Shown here piece after piece: positions 36,507 to 49,632 of a stretch of DNA of 64,000 bases (position 1 is the first letter of the stretch; each line of letters begins with the position of its first letter). The notes under the pieces were generated by a model. The model was not told the origin of the DNA and ran no database searches. It saw only the letters and a list, made by a program, of their open reading frames with translations. Origin of the DNA: Squalus acanthias (Eukaryota); NCBI GenBank assembly GCA_030390025.1, contig CM059432.1, positions 118,856,001 to 118,920,000 of the forward strand, written 5' to 3'. Made by a program: the position numbers and the translations under genes.

Positions 36507-37224
36507 GGCCTAGAGTTTCTGCTAGTTTGTGCTAATTTTATTCGCTCAATCTGGCTGAAATCAGCCAAACCAGAGCAAAGGATCACGGAATTTCAAACGC
36601 AAGTTCAATCAAGAGTAAATCTAGCTTCCACGATCTTTAATATTGGTTTAAAAAAACGTTGCAATGGAAGCCGGCCCCACCCACAAAACTGGCCACGCTC
36701 CCAGATAGAAATAATGAGGATGGCGGGTTTCCGGCCATTTCGCTTGCTCGAGAAGACTCTTAATATTAACCTGGTTTTTTTAGGCGCACAGGCACATTTT
36801 AAGAGTTTTTAAATATTAAAATTGATTTAATTTACTAAGAAACTGACTAATCTACACCAATGATACCAGAAAATTGTTTTAAGTCATTTTCAGTGATTTA
36901 AAATCAGGTTACTCAAAGGTGGTGGACTGGACACTTTTCGAAATGCTTATTTTTTGTGCAAAACCCATTTTCAGCTGTATTAATCAAACTGCACCAGGTT
37001 ACCACTCTTAACTATATCAAGGAATACTTCTAAATGCAAAGAAGAAAAATACGTTCAATTACGCTGACCGATTACGCCGGTTCATGGAAGATTTTAAGTT
37101 TGTGATTAAGCAAATGAGTTTGGATGGAAACTTAAAGCATAACTTCACTTCGGAAAACCCGCGCAATTTCAAGCGCATTTTGCGTCCAGTTTGCCAATTG
37201 CGCCCAAAGCAGAAACTCTACTCC
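36507..37224. mobile_element. Harbinger-type MITE
   Basis: TIRs ggcctagagtttctgc / gcagaaactctactcc; TSD AGT. Confidence 0.8.
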
Positions 37225-37757
37225 AGTTGAGAAGGTGGTGCTGGAAGGAGTACAGGGAAAGAATTATGAAGTGTGGTAGTACTGCGGAGATTAGGGTGTG
37301 GTGGAAGGGTAAAGAGGGTCTTGGGGGAGAGTAGAAGTCTAGATACTGCTAGAAATGGGAGAAATGGGAGAAGGATTTTCACTGGGAGGAAATGGAGTGC
37401 AGGACTATTAGCAGGGAAGAGCTGCAAAGAGATATAGGGGTCGCAGAGTATTGGGGAAGTGGGAAAAGGCTTCCAGGGTATGAAAGTCTCAGTGTGATCC
37501 TAAGATGTGTGAGCAGTGTGAGGGGGTAATGAGAGGTGCTGAAGGATTAATGGGAGGTATTGAAGGATCTGGGATTTTTTTTGGGGGGGTGTGGAAGTAC
37601 TTGTGAGGAGTTAGCAGGGTTTGGGGAATGTGTGAGTATTGGGGAGCCTTAGGGCCTGGTAGCATTAGGCTGATGAGTCTGGCAGTGTTGAGAGGCGACA
37701 AGGGTGTAGCAGGCTTGAAGGGGAGTGAAACCAAGGGGAATGTGGCTTGACCTCTCT

Positions 37758-38231
37758 CTTCCTGGGATGGGGGGATTGTCCTATGAGGAGAGATTGAGTA
37801 GACTAGGCCTATATTCTCTAGAGTTTAGAAGAATGAGAGGTGATCTCATTGAAACATACAAAATTCTTACAGGGCTTGACAGGCTAGATGCAGGGAGGAT
37901 GTTTCCCCTGGCTGGGGAGTCTAGAACCAGGGGTCACCATCTCAGAATAAGGGGTCAGCCATTTAGGACTGAGTTGAGGAGAAATTTCTTCACTCAGAGG
38001 GTGGTGAATCTTTGGAATTCTCTACCCCAGAGGGCTGTGAAGGCTCAGTCGTTGAATATATTCAAGACAGAGATCGATAGATTTTTGAATATTAAGGAAA
38101 TCAAGGGATATGGGGATAGTGCAGGAAAGTGGAGATGAGGTAGAAGATCAACCATGATCTGATTGAATGGCGGAGCAGGCTCGAGGGGCCGAATGGCCTA
38201 CTCCTGCTCCTAATTCTTATGTTCTTATGTT
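37758..38231 (+). mobile_element. CR1 3' fragment
   Basis: LSYEERLSRLGLYSLEFRRMRGDLIETYK; 3' stem-loop; ttcttatg tail. Confidence 0.9.
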
Positions 38232-39570
38232 TGGGATGTGAAATGCCCTCCCTGCTTTCCTGTCCTCCCCCAACAGCATTCCATGATATGTCTCTGCCCC
38301 CAACAGGTCATCAGGACTTCCAGAATGCCTTTCCCAGCTGTTAGCTAGTTCTTATCATTTACTTATTATAAAGCACAAGAAACACTAGAACTATGTATAG
38401 TTGGCAAACGCTATAATAGCACTTTAAAGTATGTAAAATAGAAGAATCAGCTGATAGGGAGCACATGCTGGAAGTCCTACTGACCTCAAAGGGACTAAGA
38501 TGAAGTAGGGGAGAGGCAGAAGATGAAAGAGGAGAAGAAAGGACAGTGTAATTTGAGGAGGGAGAGAGAGGAGGGGAGGAGATGAAGAAGAGGCTGGAGA
38601 AGGTAGATGGGGAGGGCGGCAAAGAATGGGGAGGGGACAAGGAAGAGGGTGTGGAGTGAGAGGGAAAGGGATTGAAGAGGCCCAAAACATGCTTCAGGGA
38701 GAGGGTAAGTGTTGCGGGGGGCATTAGGCTGGCCAAAGACCCGGCCTCACGGTTTCAAATCAAGGTCCAAGGGGATGGAAGGAAGCAGATGGAGATCTGA
38801 CTGTGAGGTCCAGAAATATCTAGGTGAGGTTGGAGGGGGTTGTGCCTGTGAGTCCAAGGGAACGGGGCAGAACCAATGCCCTGCAGGGGAGGGAAGTAGC
38901 TGGGATCGTTGGTAAGACTTGATTCACACTCAACTTGAGGGGGGAAGCGGACATCGGGTTGTGGGACCTATAACTGATACGGTGGGGGGGAAAGGGTTGA
39001 CGTGGTTTTGGCCACATGGTAATCAATAGTCTTAGAGGGCTGGGTGTGATGTCAGGGGCTGCAGGCTATAAAGACTCTCATGGGGGTTTGGTTTAAGAGA
39101 AGGGCCCAGTGATGTTGAAGATATAAAGTCCCACATGTATGGGGAGGGTAGTAAGGGAAGCCAGAGGGGTTGCCATGGAATGCACAGCACAAGTGGAGGG
39201 CAGGCTGATCACCTCGAACATTCCAGAGAATGGGAGCTCAGAGTGGGTTGCAGGCCTCAGTCAGAATACAAAACCAGAGGAGCGAGAGCAAAATCGGAGG
39301 GAAAGTGCTCAAACGAGTGACCTCTATTTGGGCAAGATTTTATAAAATAGAATTAAAATTGGTTATAATTTCCCCACCCCCCACCCTTTACCATTTTAAT
39401 GTGCCATTACTTTCTGTTGCCAACATAACTGGCTGACAGCTGGGAAAGGCATCCTGGAGGTCCTGATGACCTGATAGCGGTAGAGACATATCATGGAATG
39501 CTGTTGGGGAAGGGCATGGCAGTGGGGAGGGCATTTCAAAACCCCAAAAGAACCTTAAGTGGTTCAGGAG

Positions 39571-40014
39571 GTAGCACACTCGCCTCTGAGTCAGAAGGTT
39601 GTGGGTTCAAGTCCCACTCCAGGGACTTGAGCAAATAAAGCTAGGGTGACACTCCAGTGCAGTGCTGAGGGAGTGCTGCACTGTCGGAGGTGCCGTCTTT
39701 CGGATGAGATGTTAAACTGAGGCCCCGTCTGCTCTCTCAGGTGGCCGTAAAAGATCCCATATCACTATTTCGAAGAGCAGGGGAGTTATCACCGGTGTCC
39801 TGGCCAATATTTATCCCTCAACCAACATAACAAAAACAGATTAAGTGGGTCATTATTACATTGCTGTTTGTGTGACCTTGCTGTGCGCAAATTAGCTGCC
39901 GAGTTTCCCACATTACAACAGTGACTACACTCCAAAAATACTTAATTGGCTGTAAAACACTTTGAGACGTCTGGAGGTCGTGAAAGGCGCTATATAAATG
40001 CAAGTCTTTCTTTT
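39571..40014 (+). mobile_element. Near-complete Deu-domain SINE (SacSINE1/AmnSINE1-like)
   Basis: tRNA head with B-box GGTTCAAGTCCC; Deu-like core gtctttcggatgagatgttaaactgaggccc...cctggccaatatttatccctcaacc; L2-type tail aaaggcgctatataaatgcaag. Confidence 0.85.
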
Positions 40015-40779
40015 AAGCTGCTCCATGCTGACATCTGGTGTCCAGAGCCTAAAACTGCATGCAGACTCATAAAATTAGCAGCTATTGGGGATCATTTTGA
40101 CTTTGGCCAATCGTATAAACTGGCAGATATTGAATTCGGGAGAGATGTACAATAGGTGGCTGATCCGATATCGCCCGTTTTACACTAAAGTTCAAAGTCA
40201 AAATTACTCCTATTGTGTTAGCAGCGAATGCATTGGCCCAGAATTTCCTTGTGACTCGCGCCATTGGAATGGCCCATCTGCGGCATTAGGATTGTCTTGC
40301 ACTGTAAAAGGCAGAGTAAATTAAATGAGATAGCCACACTGCACCCTAGTTTCCTGGGACTTTTACGCCATTCCGTCAATAGCCCTCGCCGAAAAAGTTG
40401 ATTATCGTAGCTCCGCCCCAACCAAGTCAAAGGCGATTGTGAATCTCCTGGACTTACACACGGTTTCTCGCTGCAGCCACTTAGACTGAAAAATAATGGC
40501 CGTGAGTGGGTATTGGTCACCTGGTATCGACGTGATTTATGGCTCTCACTTGAGTCTGAGTCATGCGAGGACCATAAGAGTTGTGAAGTTTGATCGCCAC
40601 TGTCTGGAATAAATCTCTCAGAAGTTCATCTCTGTCTCTCTGTTATTGAGATCTTCGGTTTTTCCATCCAGCATCCTGTGAGAGTCTGAAGGACTCCAGC
40701 CCCTCTCAACGCTTTCTGAAGCTTAAAGACTCGCATTGGCCATTCCTCCGGGCGTTCCCTTATGCTGCATCATCATGGA

Positions 40780-41768
40780 TGACCAGGGGGAGGAGTAGAG
40801 GGAGGAGGCACATTACGAGATTAGCCATGGCTGGAGACTGCTTCGAACTCACTACTACCCCCATGAGAGATTGCACAAAGAGCGATTGTCACACCATCAG
40901 CTCTCAGAGGAGCTCTGAGTGCACAGCCTGCGCTTCACCAGAGAAGCAATTTGCCACCCCAGCGAAATTCTGCAGGAAGACCTGATGCTGTGATCTACTT
41001 CCCACAGGGCCACATTAGTCAAAATGAAGGTGACCATAGGTCTCAATTTCTACGGCTCCGGTTCCTTCCAGTCATCCACTGGAGACGTCTGCAGCATCAG
41101 CTAGGGAGCTGTGAGGGCCTGGCCTGCACGCGACATGTGACAGATGCCCTCTTCCGCAGGGTATTGGAGTTCATCATATACAGCATGTCCCCTGCAGAGT
41201 AACGAGACAGAGCCATCAAGTTCCATGGGCTTGCTAGCTTCCCCTGGGTGCAGGGGGCTATCGATGGGAGCCATATGGTGCAGAAGGCTCCACGTGGGGA
41301 ACCACGATCAACAGGAAGGGGTTCCTATCGTTAAACATGCAAATTGTCTCCGATGTCCAACAAAGGATCCTGCATGTAAACTCAGAGCATCAGGGGAGCT
41401 GTCACGTTACCTTTGCCCTTCACCACTGTGCCATCCAAAAATTAAACAGTAGGGAAGGACAAGGAGATGGATGGATCTTGAGGAACAAGGGCTACCTTCT
41501 GAAGCCGAGGCCGATGACACCAATCCGCGTCACCAACAACACAGCGTAGGAAAGGTACAACCGTGCAGCTGGCGGAGAGGACCATAGGGGTGCTGAAAGC
41601 TTGCTTCAGGTGCCTCAACAGGTCGCGGGGGTGGGGAGGGGGAATGTCCTATTTTACACCTCGATAAAGAGGCAAAAATTGTAGTGGTGTGCTGTGCACT
41701 GCACAATTCTGCCCTCTGGGAAGGACTCAGCCTGGACTTAGCAGACGAGGTGCCCGTGGAACCGTAGT
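40780..41768 (+). pseudogene. Harbinger (HARBI1-like) DDE transposase, disrupted
   Basis: Fragments LNFYGSGSFQSSTGDVCSIS, HVTDALF, FPWVQGAIDGSH, RKGFLSLNMQIVSD, GWILRNKGY, ERTIGVLKACFRCL, CCALHN across frameshifts. Confidence 0.88.
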
Positions 41769-42519
41769 ATCTTGTCCTGCTTGTCCTCAAGTCTAGTGGT
41801 GGTGGACGCTCAGAGAATCCACACTGAGACCAGTTGGTGGTGCAGGTCTTTGGCCAGTGATAACTTCCAGCCCATGTATCCCCCTCCAGACCAAATCAAA
41901 CCCGCCGAATCAAGCGGTATGTGGAGGCCTGCAGAAAGTGATGTTGTGAACTTATCCCTGTGGGTCTGCGAACACAAGGAATGCAGACAAGATAATGTAA
42001 CAAGCAATAGACAAATTCAACAACAAAGTGCAATTAAACTTACAGTCAGTGAACAACATCGATAAAAAAAAGTGCTGAGAAACCAGCTGTACTCAACTTT
42101 TACCATTACTAACAACATCTGAAAAAAACAATGACAGAAAATTGAACTGTTTTCAAATGGGAAGGCACAGATGGTGAGATCCACACTCCTCTACATAAAG
42201 CAGTGTTGCTGGGCAGGTGAACTGGCAAAGTTCAGACACAGAGTGCAGCATCTTTACATTATTGTCAAATGAGCTGTCACAAGGAAGCGGCTGTGGACTG
42301 AAAGGCCAGCATCTGTGTCACAGCAGTGACGTAGTAAATTATCAAGCTGTGCAAAGAATTGCAACTGTGCAAAGAGCTTCTTGTGACAACCCTTTAAAAT
42401 ATATTTGCTTAACAGTAAGACAGAATTTTTCTCCAACACATAAGACTGCATGACAACTTTTAAATAAACTTAAGAGCATCATAAGCTATTTGCAGTGGTG
42501 AAGAGTTGAACAATTAAAA

Positions 42520-44212
42520 AGGTGCGTAAGGAACCCCTGAGTGTGAGATGGAGCAGGAGGAGGTGGATTCTGCAGGCAGGCACTCTACTCCCAAGAGAAC
42601 CGCACCCCTGGGCTGAGAGAACCCTGTCACCCACATTGGCTGGCGCTGAGTCTGACATGTTGACAAGGATAAGGGAGTTGGGAAGTGTGGGGTTCCCGAT
42701 GCTGTACTGAGGGGACGTGGAGCAGAGGTGTTTCTTGACTCCCGACAGATGCCTCCTGTGATGGGGCTGCTGCTGGCAGAGTCAATGGAGGGTGCTCCTG
42801 AGCAGCATGTTCCCGCATGGCTTGTGTCACTGGCACAGAGCCCAGGGGAAGAAGGCCAGAGCCCTGGGAAGTGTTGCCATCTGGAGATTCAGCAGCATGT
42901 CCCTCTTAGACCGTGTGTGTTGTGGCAGGCTCAGGGGGAGGGGCATGGGCATCAGCTGCAGGGTAGCTGCTAAGGCCTCTGCCTGATCACAAAAGCCCTG
43001 AAGAACCCACTGGTGAAATGTATCCATTTCATGACCTAATCCCACAAAACTGCAGCAGTGAGCAGCTGCAAATTATGGTCAATGGACCCCAGAGTTTGCA
43101 GGTATTTACAATGCTCCTGTACCATCCGTCTTCACAGATGCAGACCCCCTGAAGTCCTGTTCCCATGCCTCCTCAGACCTTGGCTGCTTCCTCAATGGGG
43201 GCTGGGGCACACCTTCCCCCTCTCCTGATTCTCCCTGGTCCCTCGACCTGTAAGACTCAGCCGGTGAGTTGACCAGGCCCCGTCTTACTGGCTCCACACA
43301 GATACTTGTGCCACGTGGATCTCTGTGACTTGGCAGGCGAGTGTAGTTGCTGCAGAGTCGGAGGGGCAAGGAGTCGGCAATGAGGATGCGCTGGCAGATT
43401 GGGAGCGGGGAACGATGCACTGGTCTCCCATGACCGCCACTTCAGCACCCTCACGGTGCAGTGTGGGGAAGGAAAGGCCCACGCCCTCTCTCCTGATTTC
43501 CCCAGGGGTGCACTACCTCTTCATCCTCCTCCAGGTCCTGCTCTTCCTTGTCCTCCCACTCCATCGCTTGCTTGATATCCTCTCCGCTCGTCTCCTCCAA
43601 CCGGTGTGGATCTGTAGGACGGAAAGACAAAAGGATCGAGTGGCGCAATACTTCCATCCTCAGATGCAGTCCTGGGGCAGATTTATCGCCAGAAGAAAAA
43701 ACAAGGTGTTCTTTAACTCACCTTGAAGTCTGATAATGTTGCTGAGCTGGGCGCACGCCACAGCCAAGGCACCGTGGGTTCCCTGTATCTTGAGGGCCAT
43801 CTCCTCATGAGCTGTTAGTGCTCTGAGGAAGATGATCCCCCGCTAGTCGCACTGCGCTCATCTGCATTATGTGCCAATTTGCCCTGCAGAGAGAAGACAG
43901 AATATAGATGAGCGTCACAGAAATTGACTGGATGTGTGAGAGGGGCAGGTGTCAGGGTGCCAGCTCGCTTTCGGGCTTCTACTAATTTGGTCCCCAGTCC
44001 GCGGCGTTAACAATGTGACCACTCATGGCTGCTGTCACCTCTTTCCACGCAGCCTGGCTGATCTTGCCTTCCCCCTTGACCCAGTCACCTCTTTCGGTGC
44101 CTTTCGACCTCATTGAGAAGGGCCCGTAGGCTTTTGTCCTCTTTTTCACTTCTTCTTCTTGCGATATATTTGTAAAGATGGGGTTGTTGAGACACAAGAA
44201 ATTACTTTTCAC
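42520..44212 (-). pseudogene. Harbinger Myb/SANT-like accessory gene, multi-exon, disrupted
   Basis: AAWKEVTAAMS...W (43982-44212); exon 43883-43722 bounded by ctgcag| and |gtgagt reads GKLAHNADERSATSGG..LTAHEEMAL; acidic exon from 43611. The 3' limit is uncertain. Confidence 0.68.
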
Positions 44213-46301
44213 TGTGTTTTACAGCAATTTGTTTTTAACTAAAATGGACAGTTTTAGTGATTTAAAGCGATTTCAGACAAGACAAATAAAGCATGTTGGC
44301 ACTTATCGCCCACTGCCAAGCCTCAATCTGAATAAAGGCGTTTGTTCTCGGCTTTTTATAGTGGCATGTGATTGATTTTCGGGGTAAGCCATTGGCTGCA
44401 CCGCTTCTGAGATACCCAATTCATTATTAAGCTCCTTGCGGATTATTCAAATGGCTTTTTATGTTTATTAAAGACTGTATAAGTTGGCAAACTCACCAAT
44501 ATTGCCCAAATTTTCCACTTCTGCAAAACTCATGGACGCTGGGAGTGCATACCAGGAAATTGCACACCTCCAGCCCATGATTTTTCATCCAATAACTTTA
44601 TGAAGCAGAAATTTTTATGCTTAAATTTCTGTAAGGCATGAACATAAAGACAGGTACCAATTGACGATGGGGAACATGATGGTGATGGTGGGGTACCTGA
44701 AGGTGCAAAAGGGGCTGCAGATGGGCTGGGGGAAGAGGCTGATGGATGAAAGCACAGTGACGGTGCCCTGACGTTTCAAAAGGGGCCAATGGAAGTTTGG
44801 GGCCCATTCTGATTTTTGCTCGGTAAGGGTATCCAGGGATATCGAGCAAAGGTGGGTAATTGGAATTGAGGCACAGATCAACTATGATCTAATTGAAAGG
44901 TGGATAAAGTTCAATGGGCCGAATGGCCTACTCCTATTCCTAGGCTCCTGTGTTGCTATTCTTCTGGGCCATCCTTCCCAGACAACTGTTAGACCCTGTC
45001 CCCCCACCACCCATACCACAAATCCCAACATTCCCCAGTACTGCTAAATTCCTCCTACTCCAAAACTTCAATCCTATTGTATCCCAGGATCCTCACCAAG
45101 ACTTTTGCCTTGCTCCCAGATCCTGGAATGCTCTCTCAATGCTTTCATTCCTCTAAACCAAATTCCTAGTAGCCCTTTATCTCACAAAGAATCACCCCGT
45201 ACTGCCAGACCCAATGCCCCCAATCCTAAAATCCCTCTGCCAATGATCTCAAATCCTTGTACCTGCCCCAGTGTTCCTAGAACTTCCCTCCCAAATATTA
45301 CCAGAAACCTGGTATGCCCCTCCCAATTTTCTCAGACTCAGTGATTTCCCTCCGCCCCTCCCCCCCCCAAAAGTATTGTAAGATCCTGAGACTCCATTCA
45401 AGTACCGCCAAACTCTGTGCCCCATGACCAGTCCTCCCAATTTCCAGGACTGCCCACAATGCTGATGTCATTGTCCTGTTAATATGCCTTCACATAATGC
45501 ACCTGTTCTTATAAAACATCCGACTCACCATGAGCAATGCTATGGGAGATCTGCTACTATTGTAGATAGATTTCAGATTGTGCGTCAATTGCAATCATCA
45601 TGACACTAAATGTTCTCCCTCTGAGTGCAGTCATTGTGGTGCATTGCTACTGAACTGCTTATGCTTAACTCAGTGCTCAGGTGGTCTTAGGGACTTTTTC
45701 CTTTAAAAGTGGCAAGGTAGCTTCTGTATTTTAATGTGCTATGTGAAGCCATTTCTGAAATTATGCTCCATTGCGATACCACAATCAGATTTGCCAAGTG
45801 TTACGAGCAAGGACAACTATTCATTATTGTTTAAAAATCCAACCTGTTTTGATGTATATCTGTCTGATAAATAAACACAGCTTCATACCTTTAAATGGGT
45901 TTGTGATCCTGTAACTGTTGCTGATCATAATATTTGTTCCGAACATCTTCCCAGTACTGACAGCTCTGCATAATGATATTTAGATACGCTGCTGCAGATG
46001 GCATGCCAAGTACTTTGAACGTAGTTGGTTAATATTCATTCAGCTGCACAAAGTGATGCTTTGTTGCCAAATAAAATAAGCGATTCAATAGTTCAATGCC
46101 TTAAATTCAGTTCTGATGCACTAGAATGTTAGAGAATTCTGGCTCTTGTGGGAGCATTGCAACTTTAAGATCAATACTCAAAATTCTGTGATGAAAATTA
46201 GTAAATATAAATATCTTGTTAACTTTCGCAGTAGGAAATGTTGGGGAAAACTGCAGAAAAAGGTCAAAACCTTTGTGAGACGCACTAGCCCAAAGAACAG
46301 T

Positions 46302-46991
46302 AGCCCGAATTTTCCGATCGCAGGCCTCCCGCGGGCGGAGGCTTGCGATCTGGAAAAATCTACACCCTTACCTAAGGGCTCCCGGGATGCACACGCTTCC
46401 GCTCCTGGGCCTCTCCAAACTTGAAGTGCGCAGGGCCCACGTATCCCAGAGGCGCATGTAGTTCGCAGCGTCCTTGGGATCACATGAGCCATGGGGAGCC
46501 AATCACAGAAGGGAATCTCCCTTCATACACTTGACAGGAAGATCTTTAAAGTAAAATTTTAAATAATTGATTTTTAAAAATCACATTTTTAAAATGACTT
46601 GAAATTACAATAAATTAAGTATTTTAAACAAAAATTAAATTTTTTGAAAAATACGGGGCTAAAAATAAACGTAACTTTTTTTAAAGTATTTTTAAATGAT
46701 AAATCAGTGAAATTTTTTTTAAAAACTTTTTTCAACTCTTATCTCTGACCTTTACCAGGCGTAAGAATTGTAAGGGTTTTCTGTGGGCAGAGGGTCTCCA
46801 AAAAGTGGAACTATCCGCCCGCAGAGGCCCTTCTCCAGGGCAGCTGGAGGATCTGTCAAGAGCATTCTTGACAGATCGGAAATGCCGGTTTTCAGCGCAT
46901 GCGCTGTGCATGCCTGAAACCGGCATTTCCGAATTCCCTACGGGTGGGTACACAGCGCATACTCACCTGTAGGGATTGGAATATCTGGGCC
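46302..46991. mobile_element. Harbinger-type MITE family M1
   Basis: Termini agcccgaattttcc / ggaatatctgggcc; shared gggatcac-tg-gccatgg-gagccaatc and aaaccggca motifs. Confidence 0.85.
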
Positions 46992-49632
46992 AATATAAAA
47001 ATGGACCACTGCTGCATTTAAAACAAGTCGTCCTCTTTAAGAAGAAAATGGATATTACTAGTTGCTAGATTCATGGACTCTTGCAGACGATTAGAAAATT
47101 CCTAGATATATTTCAAGAGCTGAGCTGTCACTGTGAGGAATGATGGTGCAGCTTTCCTAGCAGAGGGATCTGACACCCCTCTGCAAGATTCATCTTTGTC
47201 AGAAATGTGCTTGCTAAGGCCTTGTGAGTCTACTAATGTGACTTTTACTACATCTCCCGCAGGACATGCAAGAATAGTAGGTGACAAACATAAGAGTGAA
47301 AGCATCTGTGACAAGGATAATGTAGCTGTTTGGGTTGGGTGCATTGTTTAAGGGAGATTTTTTTTAAATGACAACAAGGCAATTAGATGAAGAAATATGT
47401 GCAGCATTTGAGATCAAGTACCGATCACATGCGATGTAGGTCTTATTTTTTTCCTTAATTATGGCATTAGCATATCATTCATGCTCACCTGTCATCAATC
47501 TCCAGAGTTTTTCTTCCATTTACCAGTCACAGTTTGACCATATGAACTCCACCAAGCTTGGTGGGCTGCATGATTTAGCTGTGACAGTGTCATCCTGCTT
47601 AATAGTTTCTTTGCATGTCCCCCAAGAACTAACCATTGCATTTATGCTTCACGTCATGTATTTATGTGCCATGCTGTGGATTCATGCTTGTTAGCAACTA
47701 AAACAAGATCGATTTCACGTGGCATCCAGGTAACTAGTAGAGAGGAGACTTTCATCCCATCGATCTGGGTGAGATTTGAAAGGCCGGAGTTTTAGACCAC
47801 CGCCCCACCCAGTTTCCCCCAGAGGAGATTTACTTGAGGTCAATCAAGAGAATGGTGTTAGCCAGAAACTCTTCACTTTCTCTGTACAATAGGCTATAAC
47901 ATTTTCTGTAGCAATAATAACAAAATGACTTTAGACTACGCTGAGACAATGTTTAGAGGCAGTTCAGGTTTTCATTGATGACCACTGAGGCCTATAACTG
48001 AATCTGCTGCTTCTAATATACTTCTAAAGTATCCACTTCATGTGTTCTTACAGTAAAATGTCTACAGAAAATATAATGAATTAGAATTGACAACTTTGAT
48101 GTCATGTCCCTATCCACTGAAAATCTTTACTATCTTTTCAATGGTCTATTAGCTAGTCATATTGAGCTATGTATTACACGAATCTCCTACCTTCAATGAA
48201 TGCAAATTGCTAAAAATAATTTAAAAACAAATCAATAGTGGAAAAATAGCTCTTCTGTAATTCTACTCCCCTCCCTCACTAGCTATCTAAAATGTTTCAG
48301 ACTACATTCACAGATCCTTTATTACCAGCGAGGAACTGTACTCCAAGAGAGCTTGTGTTGTAGAACTGGGGCTGCGGTACTGTAGCCTAATCTCCGACCC
48401 ATGCTCCCTCTATGAGTGGTTCCCCACTGGAAACAGAGGGTCGGTGAACGCACCCTTTCGTTTTAGCTAAATGTTTGCATTGTTGAACCTTACCAGATGT
48501 TCAATAAAGTGTATTAGTACTTAAGTGCTGCAAACAGATTACAAGATCCTGGTATCGATACAGAATAAATCACAAACCTAGGCTTGTTTCCAGCATCAAG
48601 GTCACCAAAAGATTCGGTACAGAGGAGATGTTTGTGTCGTGTTTATATTGCAGCTATCAGACTGAGAGCAGCAACTGCAGTATCAGATCCATCCAGGCAG
48701 TACTCCTTTATACTGCACGGCTCCAACTGCAATTCTCCTGCCGAGGACAGACCTCTGTACACGTCCCCTCATGGGCACACGCAGACCTCCTCTCCCAGTG
48801 GTTAAAGTTTGAACGTTTAGAGAGCACAAGCAAGGGGGGTCCATATTCTCTAAGCATTCAAATCAACTCCAGGTCGGTTTAAAAGGTGCCAGGGGATCCA
48901 AAAGGAACACCTTCTTTACCAGATTACCACCGTACTGGAGTTATACTGTATGCAGTGACAGACCCGAATGATGTGAGTATTCCTCCTCCGGGGAGATTGG
49001 TTTTGGTTTCTCTTGCCTGGAACCTGTTCCTTGGAAGGAGACTACATCCTCACAAAAAATGAACAATGAATAAAAACAGCAGAAGCAGATAGAACCTTTC
49101 CAAAATAAATGAGAAAATGACCTTGAATGGAATTGATCATTTTATGGGACTTGCTTATTTTTTCACAGGGTTCATCCTATAGCAGGCACTTGTGTTAGCT
49201 TGCCGTATATTCGCTCAAGAAAAGCTGTGAGATAGAACCCAGCACGAGTTAGATTAGTTAGAGGTGCAGAGAGTTGATGTGCTAAATTAAAATTCACTTA
49301 TCTAAAGTGGCTTGAAGGTTGCCTCCCCCGTTGTGCGTGTTTTTTTTTTCTCGAGTGGGTTTTATTATGTCTGCCTGTCAGTTCATTCATCTTGCAACAT
49401 GGGATGTGTCAGTGGTGATCAACACAGACTTGATAACTGGCTGTAGTAAGTTGCCTTGCTATCAAATCCATCACTATGAGAGCTTTTAACTGCTTAGAGG
49501 TTCAGTATCTCACTCCTTTGGCAAAATGCATAGGTTCCTAAATAAATTGTGGCGGTCATATACACTTAACAGAGAATGAAAACACATGTGGACTTTTGAC
49601 TATTTAGAAGAAATTTATCGGAATTAAGCAAT

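Larger units (their letters stand above)
40235..44568. mobile_element. Decayed autonomous-type PIF/Harbinger transposon
   Basis: Left end att|ggcccagaatttcc; convergent transposase and Myb/SANT pseudogenes; weak right TIR near 44553-44568. Confidence 0.8.

Noticed and set aside
39571..39625. tRNA gene
   Set aside because: Only a SINE head; no acceptor stem, and it continues into the Deu core.
40780..41768. Host HARBI1 gene
   Set aside because: Multiple frameshifts and stops, altered catalytic motifs, and transposon context.
47102..47351. ORFs with a signal-peptide-like or cadherin-like look
   Set aside because: No recognisable domain motifs or supporting splice sites.
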